NCBI GenBank assembly: GCA_963758635.1
Contig: CAVWWD010000008.1
Location: forward strand, 779,215 to 843,214
Direction of reading: 5' to 3'
Origin: an uncultured Candidatus Rokubacteria bacterium
GTDB lineage: Bacteria > Methylomirabilota > Methylomirabilia > Rokubacteriales > CSP1-6
DNA length: 64,000 nucleotides
The notes under the pieces are model-generated. The model made no database searches and had not been told where the DNA came from. It was given only the letters and a program-made list of their open reading frames with translations. Made by a program: the position numbers and the translations under genes. Shown here piece by piece: positions 34,210 through 44,037 of the stretch (position 1 is its first letter; every line of letters starts with the position of its first letter).

Positions 34210-34301
34210 ATGTGCGGGCGTGACCGTGAAGGCGCGGGTGGATGGGGCCGGGCAGAACGCGGTAGCAATGCCGGGGGACATGGAGTAAGACAGGGGCCCA
34301 G

Positions 34302-35112
34302 ATGAACCGTCGCGCGCTCGGACGCCTCGCCTTGAACGCCGCCGCCGCGGCATCGCTCGGCCTGATCCTGCTGCCGCTGGTGTTCGTGGTGTGGCTCGCC
34401 TTCTTCCGTCAGGCGATCCCGTCTTTTCCGCCCCAGGGCTACAGCTTCAAGTGGTTCCTCGCGATCTCGGAGAGCCCGCGCTTCGTGGACGGGTTCTGGC
34501 TGAGCCTGAAGATCGCGGTGACGGCCATGCTCATCGGCCTGGGCGGGGGCGTGCCGGCGGCGCTGTGCCTGGCGCGCTACCGGTTCCGCGGGCGGGAGCC
34601 GCTCGGGAACCTGCTCCTGCTGCCGCTCATGGTGCCCGGCATCGTGCTCGGCACCTCGCTCTACGTCTTCCACGTGGAGGCCACGATCGCCACGGGGCTC
34701 CCGATCCTGGGCTCGATCGCCGCGCTCATGGCCGGCCACGTCCTCATCGTGATCCCGTGGACGGTGCGGCTGGTCAGCGCGAGCCTCGCCGGGCTCGACC
34801 GGAGCATCGAGGAGGCGGCGCAGAGCCTCGGCGCGCGGCCGCTGACCACGTTCCTCCGCGTCACGCTGCCGAGCCATCCGGCCCGGCATCGTGGCCGCGG
34901 CGCTCTTCGGCTTCGTGGTGTCGTTCGGCAACCTCGAGATGTCGATGTTCCTGGTGGGGCCCGGCCGCACCACCCTGCCGATCACGATCCTCCAGTACCT
35001 CGAGTACCGCATCGATCCCACGATCGCCGCGGTGTCGGTGCTCCAGATCCTGCTGATCGGCGGCGCCATGGCCGTGACCGACCGCTTCGTGAAGCTCTCG
35101 CGGGTGGTGTGA
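34302..35112 (+). CDS. ABC transporter permease (PotC-like), one apparent +1 frameshift near 34876
   Basis: EAAQSLGARPLTTFLRVTLP then, one base out of frame, IRPGIVAAALFGFVVSFGNLEMSMFLVGPG...FVKLSRVV. The stop overlaps the next gene start. Confidence 0.8.
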
Positions 35113-35113
35113 G

Positions 35114-36202
35114 GTGGCCCGCCTCGAGGTCGCCGGCCTGTCGAAGCACTTCGGCGCCACCGTGGCGGTGAGCGACGTCTCGCTCGACGTGCGCGACGGC
35201 GAGTTCGTCGTGCTCCTCGGGCCCAGCGGCTGCGGCAAGACCACCACGCTCCGCATGGTCGCGGGGTTCATCGCGCCCACCGCGGGCCGCGTGCGCCTGG
35301 GCGGGGTGGACGTGACCGCGCTGCCGCCGTGGAAGCGGAACGCCGGCATGGTGTTCCAGAGCTACGCGCTCTTCCCGCACCTGACCGTGGCCGAGAACGT
35401 GGCCTTCGGCCTCGAGATGCGCAAGGTGGCGCGCGCGGAGGCGGGGGATCGCGTGGCGGAGGCGCTCCGGCTCGTCCGGCTCGAGGGGCTGGCCGCGCGC
35501 CTGCCGCGCCAGCTCTCGGGCGGACAGCAGCAGCGGGTGGCCCTCGCCCGCGCCCTCGTGATCCGTCCCGACGTGCTGCTGCTCGACGAGCCGCTGTCGA
35601 ACCTCGACGCGAAGCTCCGCGAGACGGTGCGGGTGGAGATCCGCGAGCTCCAGCACGCGCTCGGCATCACCACGGTGATGGTCACGCACGACCAGGAGGA
35701 GGCGCTGATCATGGCCGACCGGCTGGTCGTCATGGCCGAGGGCGCGGTGCGCCAGGTCGGCACCCAGCGCGACCTCTACGAGCGGCCGGCCGACGCGTTC
35801 GTGGCGGGCTTCGTGGGCCGGAGCAACCTCCTCGCCGGGGCGGTGACGGGGCCGGGGCGGTTCCGCAGCGACGGCGGCCTCTCCATCGCCTGCGCCGACG
35901 GGGCGACGGGCCCCGGCGTGATCGCGCTCCGGCCGGAGCGGCTCGTGCTGGGCGCGGGCGCGGCGGGCCTCGACAACCGCGTGACGGGCACGGTGGAGCT
36001 GGTCTCCTACCTGGGCTCGTCGATCGACGTCCACGTGCGCGTGTCGCCGGCCGACCGCGTGGTGGTGAGCCAGCCGAACCGCGCGGATGCCACGCTGCCG
36101 AAGGAGGGCGACACGATCGACGTGGGCTGGCCCGCCGGCGCCGGCGTGGTGCTCGCCGCCGGCCGCGACCGGACGGACCGACAACCGACCGAGACAGCGT
36201 AA
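35114..36202 (+). CDS. ABC transporter ATP-binding protein (PotA/MalK-like)
   Basis: GTG start. Walker A GPSGCGKTT, signature LSGGQQQRV, Walker B LLLDEPLS, C-terminal TOBE-like domain. Confidence 0.9.
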   Translation: MARLEVAGLSKHFGATVAVSDVSLDVRDGEFVVLLGPSGCGKTTTLRMVAGFIAPTAGRVRLGGVDVTALPPWKRNAGMVFQSYALFPHLTVAENVAFGLEMRKVARAEAGDRVAEALRLVRLEGLAARLPRQLSGGQQQRVALARALVIRPDVLLLDEPLSNLDAKLRETVRVEIRELQHALGITTVMVTHDQEEALIMADRLVVMAEGAVRQVGTQRDLYERPADAFVAGFVGRSNLLAGAVTGPGRFRSDGGLSIACADGATGPGVIALRPERLVLGAGAAGLDNRVTGTVELVSYLGSSIDVHVRVSPADRVVVSQPNRADATLPKEGDTIDVGWPAGAGVVLAAGRDRTDRQPTETA

Positions 36203-36311
36203 ACGAATGGCGAAAAGGCGTGCCGCGTGTTCGCGGAAGCGCGGTGTTGCTCCGCTTGCTGAAGCCGACATCCCGGTTGCTTGACCACATGGACAACAAG
36301 GAGGAGAGACG

Positions 36312-37380
36312 ATGACCGAACGTATCGATTCCCGCATCAGCCGGCGTCAGGTGCTCGCGGGCGCGGCGGCCCTCGCCGGGGCGGGCGCGCTCGGCGCGGC
36401 GCCCGGCCTCGCCCAGGGGAGCAAGAGGATCGTGCTGTCCACGTGGGGCGGCGACTACGCGAAGCTCCTGACCAAGCACATCTCGACGCCCATCCTGGCC
36501 CCGAAGGGCTGGGAGGTGGTGAACGACGAGGCCCAGGTGGTCCAGCGGAAGGCCAAGACGGTGGCGGAGAAGCGGCTGCCCAAGGGCACCTCCGACATCC
36601 AGGCCCTGACCGCCACGGACATCGCCGAGCTGACGCAGGTCGAACGTCCTCGAGAAGCTCGACCACGCCAAGCTCAAGAACGCCAGGAACCTGATGAAGA
36701 TCTTCAGCATCGCCGACTCGCCGTACTTCTCGCCGCACATCTTCAGCGGCAAGGTGGTCCTGTACAACCCGAAGCTGATCCCGAACGCTCCCAAGGGCAT
36801 CGACGCCCTCTGGGACCCGAAGAACCAGGGGAAGGTGGGCGTGGTCGACATCCAGCACATCTACACGACCATGGCCGCCGCCCTCGTGGCCGGTGGCAAG
36901 ACCGGCGACTTCGACAAGGCCAAGAAAGCGCTCCTCGACCTGAAGAAGCTCAAGCCGCGCATCTATCCGAGCAACGAGGCGCTCGCCCAGGGGCTTCAGA
37001 CGGAGGAGGTCGGGCTCTGCATCATGTGGAAGGCGCGCGCGGTGCAGTGGCAGAACGCCGGCGCCAACATCCTGACGGTGGCGCCCAAGGAAGGCATCAT
37101 CACCTACGTCTCCGGCTTCGCCGTTCCGAAGAACGCGCCGAACCGGGACGGCTCCTACGCGTTCCTCGACGCGGCGATGGAGCCGTCCGCCCAGGAGGGC
37201 TTCGCGGTCGACATGGGCTATAACCCGGTGGTCGCCAACGCGAAGGTCGCCGCCGACCTCAAGAAGCGCATCGGGTTCGGCCCGGAGGAGGAGAAGCTCT
37301 TCGTCAACCCGGACCTCGCGTTCCTCGCGAAGCACGCGTCCGACGTGAAGGACTTCTGGGACAAGGAGTTCAAGGCCTGA
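36312..37380 (+). CDS. ABC transporter substrate-binding protein (PotD/family-1-like, Tat signal), one apparent +1 frameshift near 36638
   Basis: Tat motif SRRQVLAGAAALAGAGA. ...TDIAELTQ then, one base out of frame, SNVLEKLDHAKLKNARNLMKIFSIADSPYFSPHIF...FWDKEFKA. Confidence 0.8.
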
Positions 37381-37404
37381 GGCGATAGGGAGGCGGCGGG
37401 CGCC

Positions 37405-38301
37405 GTGGCCATCGGCGCCGAGCGGGTGGGGGCGCTCGCCGCGCGTGAACAGCGCGGCGGGCGCCTCTCCACCGCCGCCGCCCTCGTTGGGCCCGCCACC
37501 ATCTTCGTCACCGTCGGCCTGCTGCTGCCGATCCTCATCCTGTTCCGCTACAGCCTGAACGCCTTCGTGCCCGGCAAGCTGATGGTCGAGGCGCTCACCG
37601 TCGAGAACTACGTGCTGTTCGTCACCGACCCGTACTACCTCGCCGCCTTCACGCGCACGCTCCGCGTGGCGGTGATCGTCACCGCGCTCGCGCTCGTGTT
37701 CGCGTTCCCGCTCGCCTACGCGCTGGCGCGCACGCAGAGCCGGTTCAAGAACCTCCTGGTCATGCTGGTGGTGCTCCCGCTCTTCGTCGGCAACGCCGTG
37801 CGCGCGGCGGGGTGGATGACGCTCCTCGGTAACCGCGGCTTCGTCAACGTCACGCTCCAGTGGCTCGGGATCACGGGCGAGCCCATCCGCTTCATGTACA
37901 CGGAGTTCGCCGTGATCCTGGGCATCCTGACCGTGAACCTGCCCTACGTGGTGCTGACCCTCCAGAGCGTGATCGAGGGCATCGACCGCGCGGTGGAGGA
38001 CGCCGCGTTCAGCCTGGGCGCGGGGCCGTTCACGATGGCGCGGCGCGTGCTCCTGCCGCTGGCCCTGCCCGGCGTGGCCGCGGGGGCCATCTTCTGCTTC
38101 ATCCTCACCATGAACGCGTACGCCACGCCGGTGCTGCTCGGCGGGCCGCAGTTCACGATGATGGGACCGCTCGTCTACGTGCAGTTCGCGGCGAAGAGCA
38201 ACTGGCCTTTCGGGGCCGCGGTGTCGTTCGTGCTGATGACGGCGACGCTCATCCTGACCGCGGCGGCCAACCTCCTGGTCCAGCGCCGCTATCGCGCCTG
38301 A
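37405..38301 (+). CDS. ABC transporter permease (PotB-like)
   Basis: GTG start. 298 aa, six TM segments, EAA-type loop DRAVEDAAFSLGAGPFTMARRVLLP. Confidence 0.85.
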   Translation: MAIGAERVGALAAREQRGGRLSTAAALVGPATIFVTVGLLLPILILFRYSLNAFVPGKLMVEALTVENYVLFVTDPYYLAAFTRTLRVAVIVTALALVFAFPLAYALARTQSRFKNLLVMLVVLPLFVGNAVRAAGWMTLLGNRGFVNVTLQWLGITGEPIRFMYTEFAVILGILTVNLPYVVLTLQSVIEGIDRAVEDAAFSLGAGPFTMARRVLLPLALPGVAAGAIFCFILTMNAYATPVLLGGPQFTMMGPLVYVQFAAKSNWPFGAAVSFVLMTATLILTAAANLLVQRRYRA

Positions 38302-38311
38302 GGATGACCCG

Positions 38312-39196
38312 ATGAAGATCACGCTGCTCGGAACCGGCAACCCCGCCCCGTCGCTGTCGCGCATGAGCCCCGGCTACATGGTCCGGGTCGGTGAGGACCT
38401 GATCGTGCTGGACCACGGCCCGGGCAGCCACCACCGGCTGCTCCAGACGGGCGCTCGCGCCGTGGACGTCACCCATGCGTTCTTCACGCACCTGCATTAC
38501 GACCACTTCCTGGACCTCCCGCGGCTGGTGCTGACGCGCTGGGACCACGGCGCCGGGCAGGTGCCGGAGCTCAAGGTGTACGGCCCGCGGCCGATCCGCC
38601 GCCTCGTGGACCGGCTCATCGGGCCCGACGGCGCGTTCGGGCCCGACATCGAGGCGCGGACGAAGTGGGACGCGAGCCTCTACGTGTATCGGAACCGCGG
38701 CGGGGTGGAGCCGCGCCGGCCGCCCGCGCCCGAGGTGACCGAGATCGGCAAGGGCGACACGGTGGAGACCGCGCGGTGGCGCGTGCAGGCGATCGAGGTG
38801 CCGCACGCCCAGCCCCACCTGACGTGCCTCGGGCTCCGGCTGGACTGCGACGAGGGCTCGGTCGTCTACACCGGCGACACGGGGCCGAGCAAGGCCGTCG
38901 AGAAGCTGGCCGAGGGCTGCGACGTGCTCATCCACATGTGCTCGCACATCAGCGGGTCCGTGGACGACCCGGCCACCCGCGCCGGCACCAGCGGCCATCT
39001 GGACGCGGCCCGCGCCGCCGCGGCGGCGGGCGCGCGCTGCCTCGTGGCCTCGCACGTCTACGACCAGTTCGACCGGCCGGGCGTGCGCGAGCGTGTGATC
39101 GCCGAGATGGCGCGCATCTACGACGGCGTGATCGTGCTCGGCGAGGACCTCATGGAGCTGACCGCCGACCCGCGGAAGCCCGGCATCTACCGGTAG
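38312..39196 (+). CDS. MBL-fold metallo-hydrolase (RNase Z-like)
   Basis: 294 aa. MKITLLGTGNP and the HxHxDH motif (FFTHLHYDHF). Confidence 0.8.
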   Translation: MKITLLGTGNPAPSLSRMSPGYMVRVGEDLIVLDHGPGSHHRLLQTGARAVDVTHAFFTHLHYDHFLDLPRLVLTRWDHGAGQVPELKVYGPRPIRRLVDRLIGPDGAFGPDIEARTKWDASLYVYRNRGGVEPRRPPAPEVTEIGKGDTVETARWRVQAIEVPHAQPHLTCLGLRLDCDEGSVVYTGDTGPSKAVEKLAEGCDVLIHMCSHISGSVDDPATRAGTSGHLDAARAAAAAGARCLVASHVYDQFDRPGVRERVIAEMARIYDGVIVLGEDLMELTADPRKPGIYR

Positions 39197-39322
39197 CCGT
39201 GAAGTCTCACGAGGCGGTCTGAGACGCCGCTCGAACACGGGCCACCGTCCCTTTGCCGATGCCCCTCGCGAACCAGGTGTTCATAAATGACCCGCGCGGC
39301 CCTCCTCGGGCCGCCACGACGG

Positions 39323-39496
39323 TCAATCGTCGTCGTCCAGCCTGGCGAGGAGGTCGGCGATGCTCGCGTCGCCCGCGGGCGGGCGCCAGTCGACCTGCAC
39401 CACCGTGACGCCCTGGGCCTCGAGCGCCTCGGCGAACGCGTCGAGGCCGATGTTCACCACCTGGAGCGGCTGGCCAAGCAGGCTCTCCGAGCTCAC
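39323..39496 (-). CDS. small conserved-looking ORF translationally coupled to fdrA
   Basis: Its GTG overlaps the fdrA stop (GTGA). 57 aa: VSSESLLGQPLQVVNIGLDAFAEALEAQGVTVVQVDWRPPAGDASIADLLARLDDDD. The VNIGL...VDWRPPAG pattern resembles N-terminal extensions I recall in some DUF1116/FdrA-associated proteins. Confidence 0.35.
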   Translation of the reverse strand: MSSESLLGQPLQVVNIGLDAFAEALEAQGVTVVQVDWRPPAGDASIADLLARLDDDD

Positions 39497-41085
39497 AGGG
39501 CGGCTCCGAGGACCTTCGCGGCCACGTGCGGGGCGGTGAGGAGGGCCGCGAAGCGCGCGGCCTGGGCGCTCGACGGCAGCACGTGGACGCCGGCGGCCCG
39601 CAGCGTCCCGATCTGGTCCGAGAGCCGTTGCGGGTCGTCCTCCGTGCCGACGACCGACGCCACGGCGTGGAGCGCGCGGCCGTCGGCCGCGGCCCGCCGC
39701 CGGGCCTCGCGGACCGCATCGGCAAGCGGCCGCGCCGGGTCGGGATGGGCGACGCGGCCCAGCACCACGTCGAGCAGCAGCACCGACACCTCCGCGCTCG
39801 CCCCCGCCTCGCGCACGCGCGCGTCCCGCAGCGTCGGGTCCAGCATCGGGTGGGGCCGCCCCACCGTGAACTCGTCCGCCCCCAGATCGAGGATTCGTAC
39901 GCGCCCTGCAGCCCCCTCTCCCCCTGCGCGGGGGAGAGGGGCAGGGGAGAGGGGGGGCCTGATCAACGGGAACAGCTCAAGCGCTCCCAGGAGCGCTTCG
40001 ATCAGCAGACGCGCCTCGTGGGCGAGGGTGCCGCCGGTGAAGAGCCCGAGCAGGCCGCCGCGGGCGTCCGCACCCTTCGTCAGGCGGTCCAGCGACGCAC
40101 GGACGCCCGCCGCGTCGTCGAACGTGCACGGTGTCCACGCGCGGCCCCGGGCCGTCGCGACGGCGGCGCGCGCCGCGTCCTCCAGGGTGGCGACCCACTG
40201 TCCGGGCGCTCCCGGCCGCGGCCCGACGCCGAGACAGCAGACGACCACGGGCTTGCCGGCGGCGCGGATCGCCTCGTCCAGCCGCGGCAGCAGCTCGGGC
40301 GCGGGCGGCTTCGAGACGAGGAGGATCACCTCGGTGGCCGGGTCGGCGCGGAGCGTCTCGAGCGCCAGGGTCGTCATGACGCCACCGACCGCGGCCGAGA
40401 GGTCGCGGCCGCCGACGCCGATGCCGTGGGAGAGCCCCTCCCCGAGCGCGGCCACCCCGGACGCGACGGCTTGCAGCCCCGTGCCCGACGCGGCCACGCA
40501 GCCGATCCGCCCGCGGGGCACCACGTTGGCGAACCCGAGGCCGACGCCGTCCAGGTAGGCGGTGCCGCAGTCCGGCCCCATGCAGAGGAGCCGGCGCTCC
40601 GCGGCCACCCGCTTCAGCTCGATCTCGTCGGCCAGGGGCACGTTGTCGCTGAACAGGAACACGTGGAGCCCGCGCCGGAGCGCGGCGAGCGCTTCGAGCT
40701 TCGCGTACGCGCCCGGCACGGAGACGACGGCGAGCCGTGCGCCCGGGAGCGCCCGCAGCGCCGTCTCGAGCGTGCGGGGCCGGGCCGGCCCCGCGCTCTC
40801 GCGGACCCGGGCCTGCGCCTCGAGGAGGCTCGCGGCGCGGTCGAGCGCGGCCACCGCCGCCGCGTCGGCGTCGGCCTGCACGGAGATGATCAGGTCGCCC
40901 GGCGTCGCGGCGCGCGTGTCGCCCGTGGCGAGGCCGGCCGCGCCGAGCAGCTCGTGGTTGGCCGGGGTGCCCATGAGGGCCGCCACCTCCCGCACGCCGG
41001 GCAGGGCGGAGAGCTCGGCGGCGAGCTGCATCAGGACCATCGAGTCCCGGTAGTCCGAGCGTCGCACGGCGGCGCGAACGGCCAT
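39493..41085 (-). CDS. fdrA: FdrA family protein (succinyl-CoA-ligase-alpha-like)
   Basis: Start MAVRAAVRRSDYRDSMVLMQ. 530 aa: VVSVPGAYA, LHVFLFSDNV, LLCMGPDCGTAYL, GRIGCVAASGTGLQ, HGIGVGGRDL, DEFTVGRPHPMLDP. Confidence 0.85.
   Translation of the reverse strand: MAVRAAVRRSDYRDSMVLMQLAAELSALPGVREVAALMGTPANHELLGAAGLATGDTRAATPGDLIISVQADADAAAVAALDRAASLLEAQARVRESAGPARPRTLETALRALPGARLAVVSVPGAYAKLEALAALRRGLHVFLFSDNVPLADEIELKRVAAERRLLCMGPDCGTAYLDGVGLGFANVVPRGRIGCVAASGTGLQAVASGVAALGEGLSHGIGVGGRDLSAAVGGVMTTLALETLRADPATEVILLVSKPPAPELLPRLDEAIRAAGKPVVVCCLGVGPRPGAPGQWVATLEDAARAAVATARGRAWTPCTFDDAAGVRASLDRLTKGADARGGLLGLFTGGTLAHEARLLIEALLGALELFPLIRPPLSPAPLPRAGGEGAAGRVRILDLGADEFTVGRPHPMLDPTLRDARVREAGASAEVSVLLLDVVLGRVAHPDPARPLADAVREARRRAAADGRALHAVASVVGTEDDPQRLSDQIGTLRAAGVHVLPSSAQAARFAALLTAPHVAAKVLGAAL
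39912..39957. repeat. REP-like GC hairpin embedded in the fdrA coding sequence
   Basis: CCCCCTCTCCCCC-tgcg-CGGGGGAGAGGGG (13-bp stem) followed by a half-copy CAGGGGAGAGGGGGGG. It is translated in frame as PPLSPAPLPRAGGEG in an FdrA linker. Confidence 0.6.
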
Positions 41086-41114
41086 CGCGGAGCGCCCCCG
41101 TGGCCGCGCCCGCG

Positions 41115-42365
41115 TCAGCGCGGGTACCGCTCGCCGAACGCGACGAGCGCGGCCAGGAACGGGTCCACGGGGGGCGTGGCGATGCCCGCGCCGATCATGC
41201 GGGGCGCGGCCCGGTGGACGATCGCGGTGTTGATGGCGGGCACGATCCCGGTCCGCGCGACCTTCCTGATGTCGATCCCCGTGGGCGTGCCCTGGCCGCC
41301 CAGCGGCGCGATCGGGAAGAGCGGGTTCGCGCCGGCGCAGATCTCGGCCATGCGCCGGGTGGTGGCCACGGCGTCGTCGAACGACCCCGCGCCGACGATC
41401 CGCTGGACGGCGGGCGAGGCGGCCATGGCCATGCCGCCCAGGCCGTAGGTCTCCATGATGGCCGAGTCGCCGGTGTCGAGGTTGGCGTCGGCGGCGCCGA
41501 AGCCCGGGAAGTAGAGTCCGGCGACCGCGCTGGCGGGGCCGGTGAACCAGCGATCGCCGAGCCCGGCCACCCGGATCCCGAACTCCACGCCGTTGCGCGC
41601 CATCGTCGACACGATCGTGGACCCCTCGAGGCCGTCTATCGATCGTGCGGCAGCCTTGGCCGCGCACATCGACCACGCGAGGAAGAACTGATCGTTGTCA
41701 CGCGTCACGAGCCGCATGATCGGCTCGAGCCGTGCTCCGTCCGGCACCGCGCTCACCAGCGGGGCGGCGAGCTGTCGGGCGAGGAGTCCCGTCGCCGCGG
41801 CGTTGCGCATGTGCATCTCGTCGCCCATGCCGAGGGCCTGGGCCATCAGGCTGGCCAGGTCGATGGGGCCGGTGCGCTCGAGCACCGCCGAGAACGCCGG
41901 CGCCACCACGTCGCGGATCCACGCGAGGCCGGCGAGGGTCTCGGGCCCGTGCGCGCCGAAGCGGAGCTGGTGTCCCCACGGCCCGTCGGCGATGAAGCTC
42001 CCGGTCGCGGTCCCGTTCACCGCGTCCTCGACGACCAGGAGGGGCGTGGCCGGCGAGATCACGCCGGCCATGGGGCCGACGGCGCCCAGCGAATGGCACG
42101 GCGCGAAGTCGATCTCTCCCGAGCCGGCGAGCGCCTGCGCGTCGTCCGCGGTCCTGGCCCAGCCCTCGAAGAGGATGGCGGCGGTCACCGCCCCGCGCAT
42201 CGGCCCGCACATGCGCTCCCAGGCGATCGGCGGGCCGGCGTGGAGCAGGCGGCGCCCGGTGAGCCCCAGCGCCTCGCCGGCCGGCCGGACCGCGGTCCAC
42301 GCGGGGCGAGCGCGCACGAGGCGGTCCACGGCCTCACGGTTCGCGGCGGCGATGTCGACGGTCAT
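41115..42365 (-). CDS. DUF1116 domain protein (YlbE-like)
   Basis: 416 aa, collinear with E. coli YlbE as I recall it: ANREAVDRLVRARPAW, LLHAGPPIAWERMCGPMRGAV, FAPCHSLGAVGPMAG, GDEMHMRN, RNGVEFGIRVAGLGDRWFT, GDSAIMETYGLGG. Confidence 0.85.
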   Translation of the reverse strand: MTVDIAAANREAVDRLVRARPAWTAVRPAGEALGLTGRRLLHAGPPIAWERMCGPMRGAVTAAILFEGWARTADDAQALAGSGEIDFAPCHSLGAVGPMAGVISPATPLLVVEDAVNGTATGSFIADGPWGHQLRFGAHGPETLAGLAWIRDVVAPAFSAVLERTGPIDLASLMAQALGMGDEMHMRNAAATGLLARQLAAPLVSAVPDGARLEPIMRLVTRDNDQFFLAWSMCAAKAAARSIDGLEGSTIVSTMARNGVEFGIRVAGLGDRWFTGPASAVAGLYFPGFGAADANLDTGDSAIMETYGLGGMAMAASPAVQRIVGAGSFDDAVATTRRMAEICAGANPLFPIAPLGGQGTPTGIDIRKVARTGIVPAINTAIVHRAAPRMIGAGIATPPVDPFLAALVAFGERYPR

Positions 42366-42467
42366 GATCGTTCGGGCCGTAGGATGCGCGACGGCCGGGG
42401 GCATTGTAGAGGAAGCGGAAATGCGCCGGGAGACTTTGTGGCGGTGGTGGTCCTCGGGCGCCTCCGC

Positions 42468-42473
42468 TATACT
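42468..42473 (+). promoter_or_regulatory. putative -10 box TATACT giving a leaderless/near-leaderless transcript
   Basis: cgCTATACTgccgcggccATG. Only 9 nt separate the -10 hexamer from the ATG at 42483, and no Shine-Dalgarno is present. Confidence 0.3.
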
Positions 42474-42482
42474 GCCGCGGCC

Positions 42483-44037
42483 ATGAGCGGATCTCTTGCC
42501 CTCGCCCTCCGGGGGATCAGCAAGGCCTTCCCCGGTGTCGTCGCCAACGATCGCATCGACCTGGACGTGCACGCGGGCGAGGTGCACGCGCTCGTCGGTG
42601 AGAACGGCGCGGGGAAGAGCACGCTGATGAAGATCGTGTACGGGTATCTGCGCGCCGACGCGGGAGAGATACGTGTCGATGGCGCCCCGGTCTCGATCCG
42701 CTCGCCCGGGGACGCGAGGCGGCTCGGCATCGGCATGGTGTTCCAGGACTTCGTCCAGGTGCCCGCGTTCAGCGTGGCCGACAACATCGCGCTGTTCCTT
42801 CCGGACCTGCCGTGGGCGCTCGACGCGCGGGCGCTGGCCGCGCGCATCGAGGCCACGTCCGAGCGCTACGGCCTGCGCGTCGATCCCGCGGCGCCGCTCG
42901 GGCGTCTGTCGATCGGGGAGCGCCAGCGCGTCGAGATCGTGAAGCTGCTGCTCGCCGAGGCGCGGCTCCTCATCCTGGACGAGCCCACGCGCAGCCTGGC
43001 GCCGCACGAGGTGGACAGCCTGTTCCGCGTGTTCGCGGGCCTGCGCGCCGACGGGTACGCGGTCGTCTTCATCACCCACAAGATGCCCGAGGTGCTGGCC
43101 TGCGCCGATCGCATCACGGTGCTGCGCCGCGGGCGGGTGACGGGCACGCTGGGGCGGGCCGAGGCCACCGCGGCGGGTCTGGTCTCGCTGATGTTCGGCG
43201 AGACCCTCGGCGAGCCGGCGGCCGCTCGCACGGCCGCGCCGTCTCCGCGCGCCGGCGCGCCGCTTCTCGAGCTGCGTGGGGTGAGCACCCGAGCCGAAGG
43301 CCGAGAGACCGCGCTCGCCGCCGTGGACCTCGCCGTGCGGGCGGGCGAGGTCGTCGGCGTCGCCGGCGTGGCGGGCAACGGGCAGCGCGAGCTCGGGGAC
43401 CTGGTGCTGGGCCTCACGTCGTGCGCCGACGGGGTCGAAGCGGCTTGGCGGAGATGACGCCACCGGCTGGTCGGTGGCGCGCGTCCGGGCGGCCGGCGTG
43501 GCGTTCGTGCCCGAGGATGCCTCCGAGATGGGCGCGGTGCCCGGTCTGACGCTCCTCGAGAACATGATGCTGGGCGACACGCGGAAGTACGCGCGCCGGG
43601 GCGGCCTCGCTCTGGACTCGGCCCGCGCCCGGGCGGACCTCGCCGGCTCGCTCGCCCGGCTCGGCGTGACGCTGCCGTCGCTCGACCTCCGCGCCGGGGC
43701 GCTCTCCGGCGGCAACGTCCAGCGCCTGATCCTCGCCCGCGAGATGGCCCGGGAGCCGCGGCTCATCGTGGCCTTCTATCCGACGCGCGGCCTGGACGTG
43801 AGGAGCGCGGCGGCGGCGCGGGCCTTTCTGGCCGCGCGCCGCGACGCGGGCGCGGGCGTGCTGCTGATCTCCGAGGACCTGGACGAGCTCTGCGCCCTGA
43901 GCGACCGGCTCGTCGTGCTGTCACGCGGGCGCATCGCCGGCGCCGGCACGCCGGAGACGTTGACCGTCGAGGAGATCGGCTACCTGATGACGGGCACCCG
44001 CGAGCGGGATGAGCGAGGCGCGGGCGTCGGCGCCTGA
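42483..44037 (+). CDS. ABC transporter ATP-binding protein, two-domain (BMP/sugar type), one apparent +1 frameshift near 43427
   Basis: Domain 1: GENGAGKST, LSIGERQRV, LILDEPT. Domain 2: GVAGNGQRE ...LGLTSCA then, one base out of frame, GSKRLGGDDATGWSVARVRAAGVAFVPED..., LSGGNVQRL, VLLISEDLDE. Confidence 0.85.

Noticed and set aside
39197-39322. A further Z-like copy in the MBL/small-ORF spacer (TTCGCGAGGGGCAT and GGCCCGTG blocks).
   Set aside because: The blocks are in a different order from Z and the matches are short. I cannot distinguish this from GC-rich chance similarity.
41100-43457. 785-aa ORF spanning the DUF1116 locus and the ABC ATPase.
   Set aside because: The first ~460 codons are antisense to the well-supported DUF1116 gene. 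The real ATPase starts at ATG 42483.
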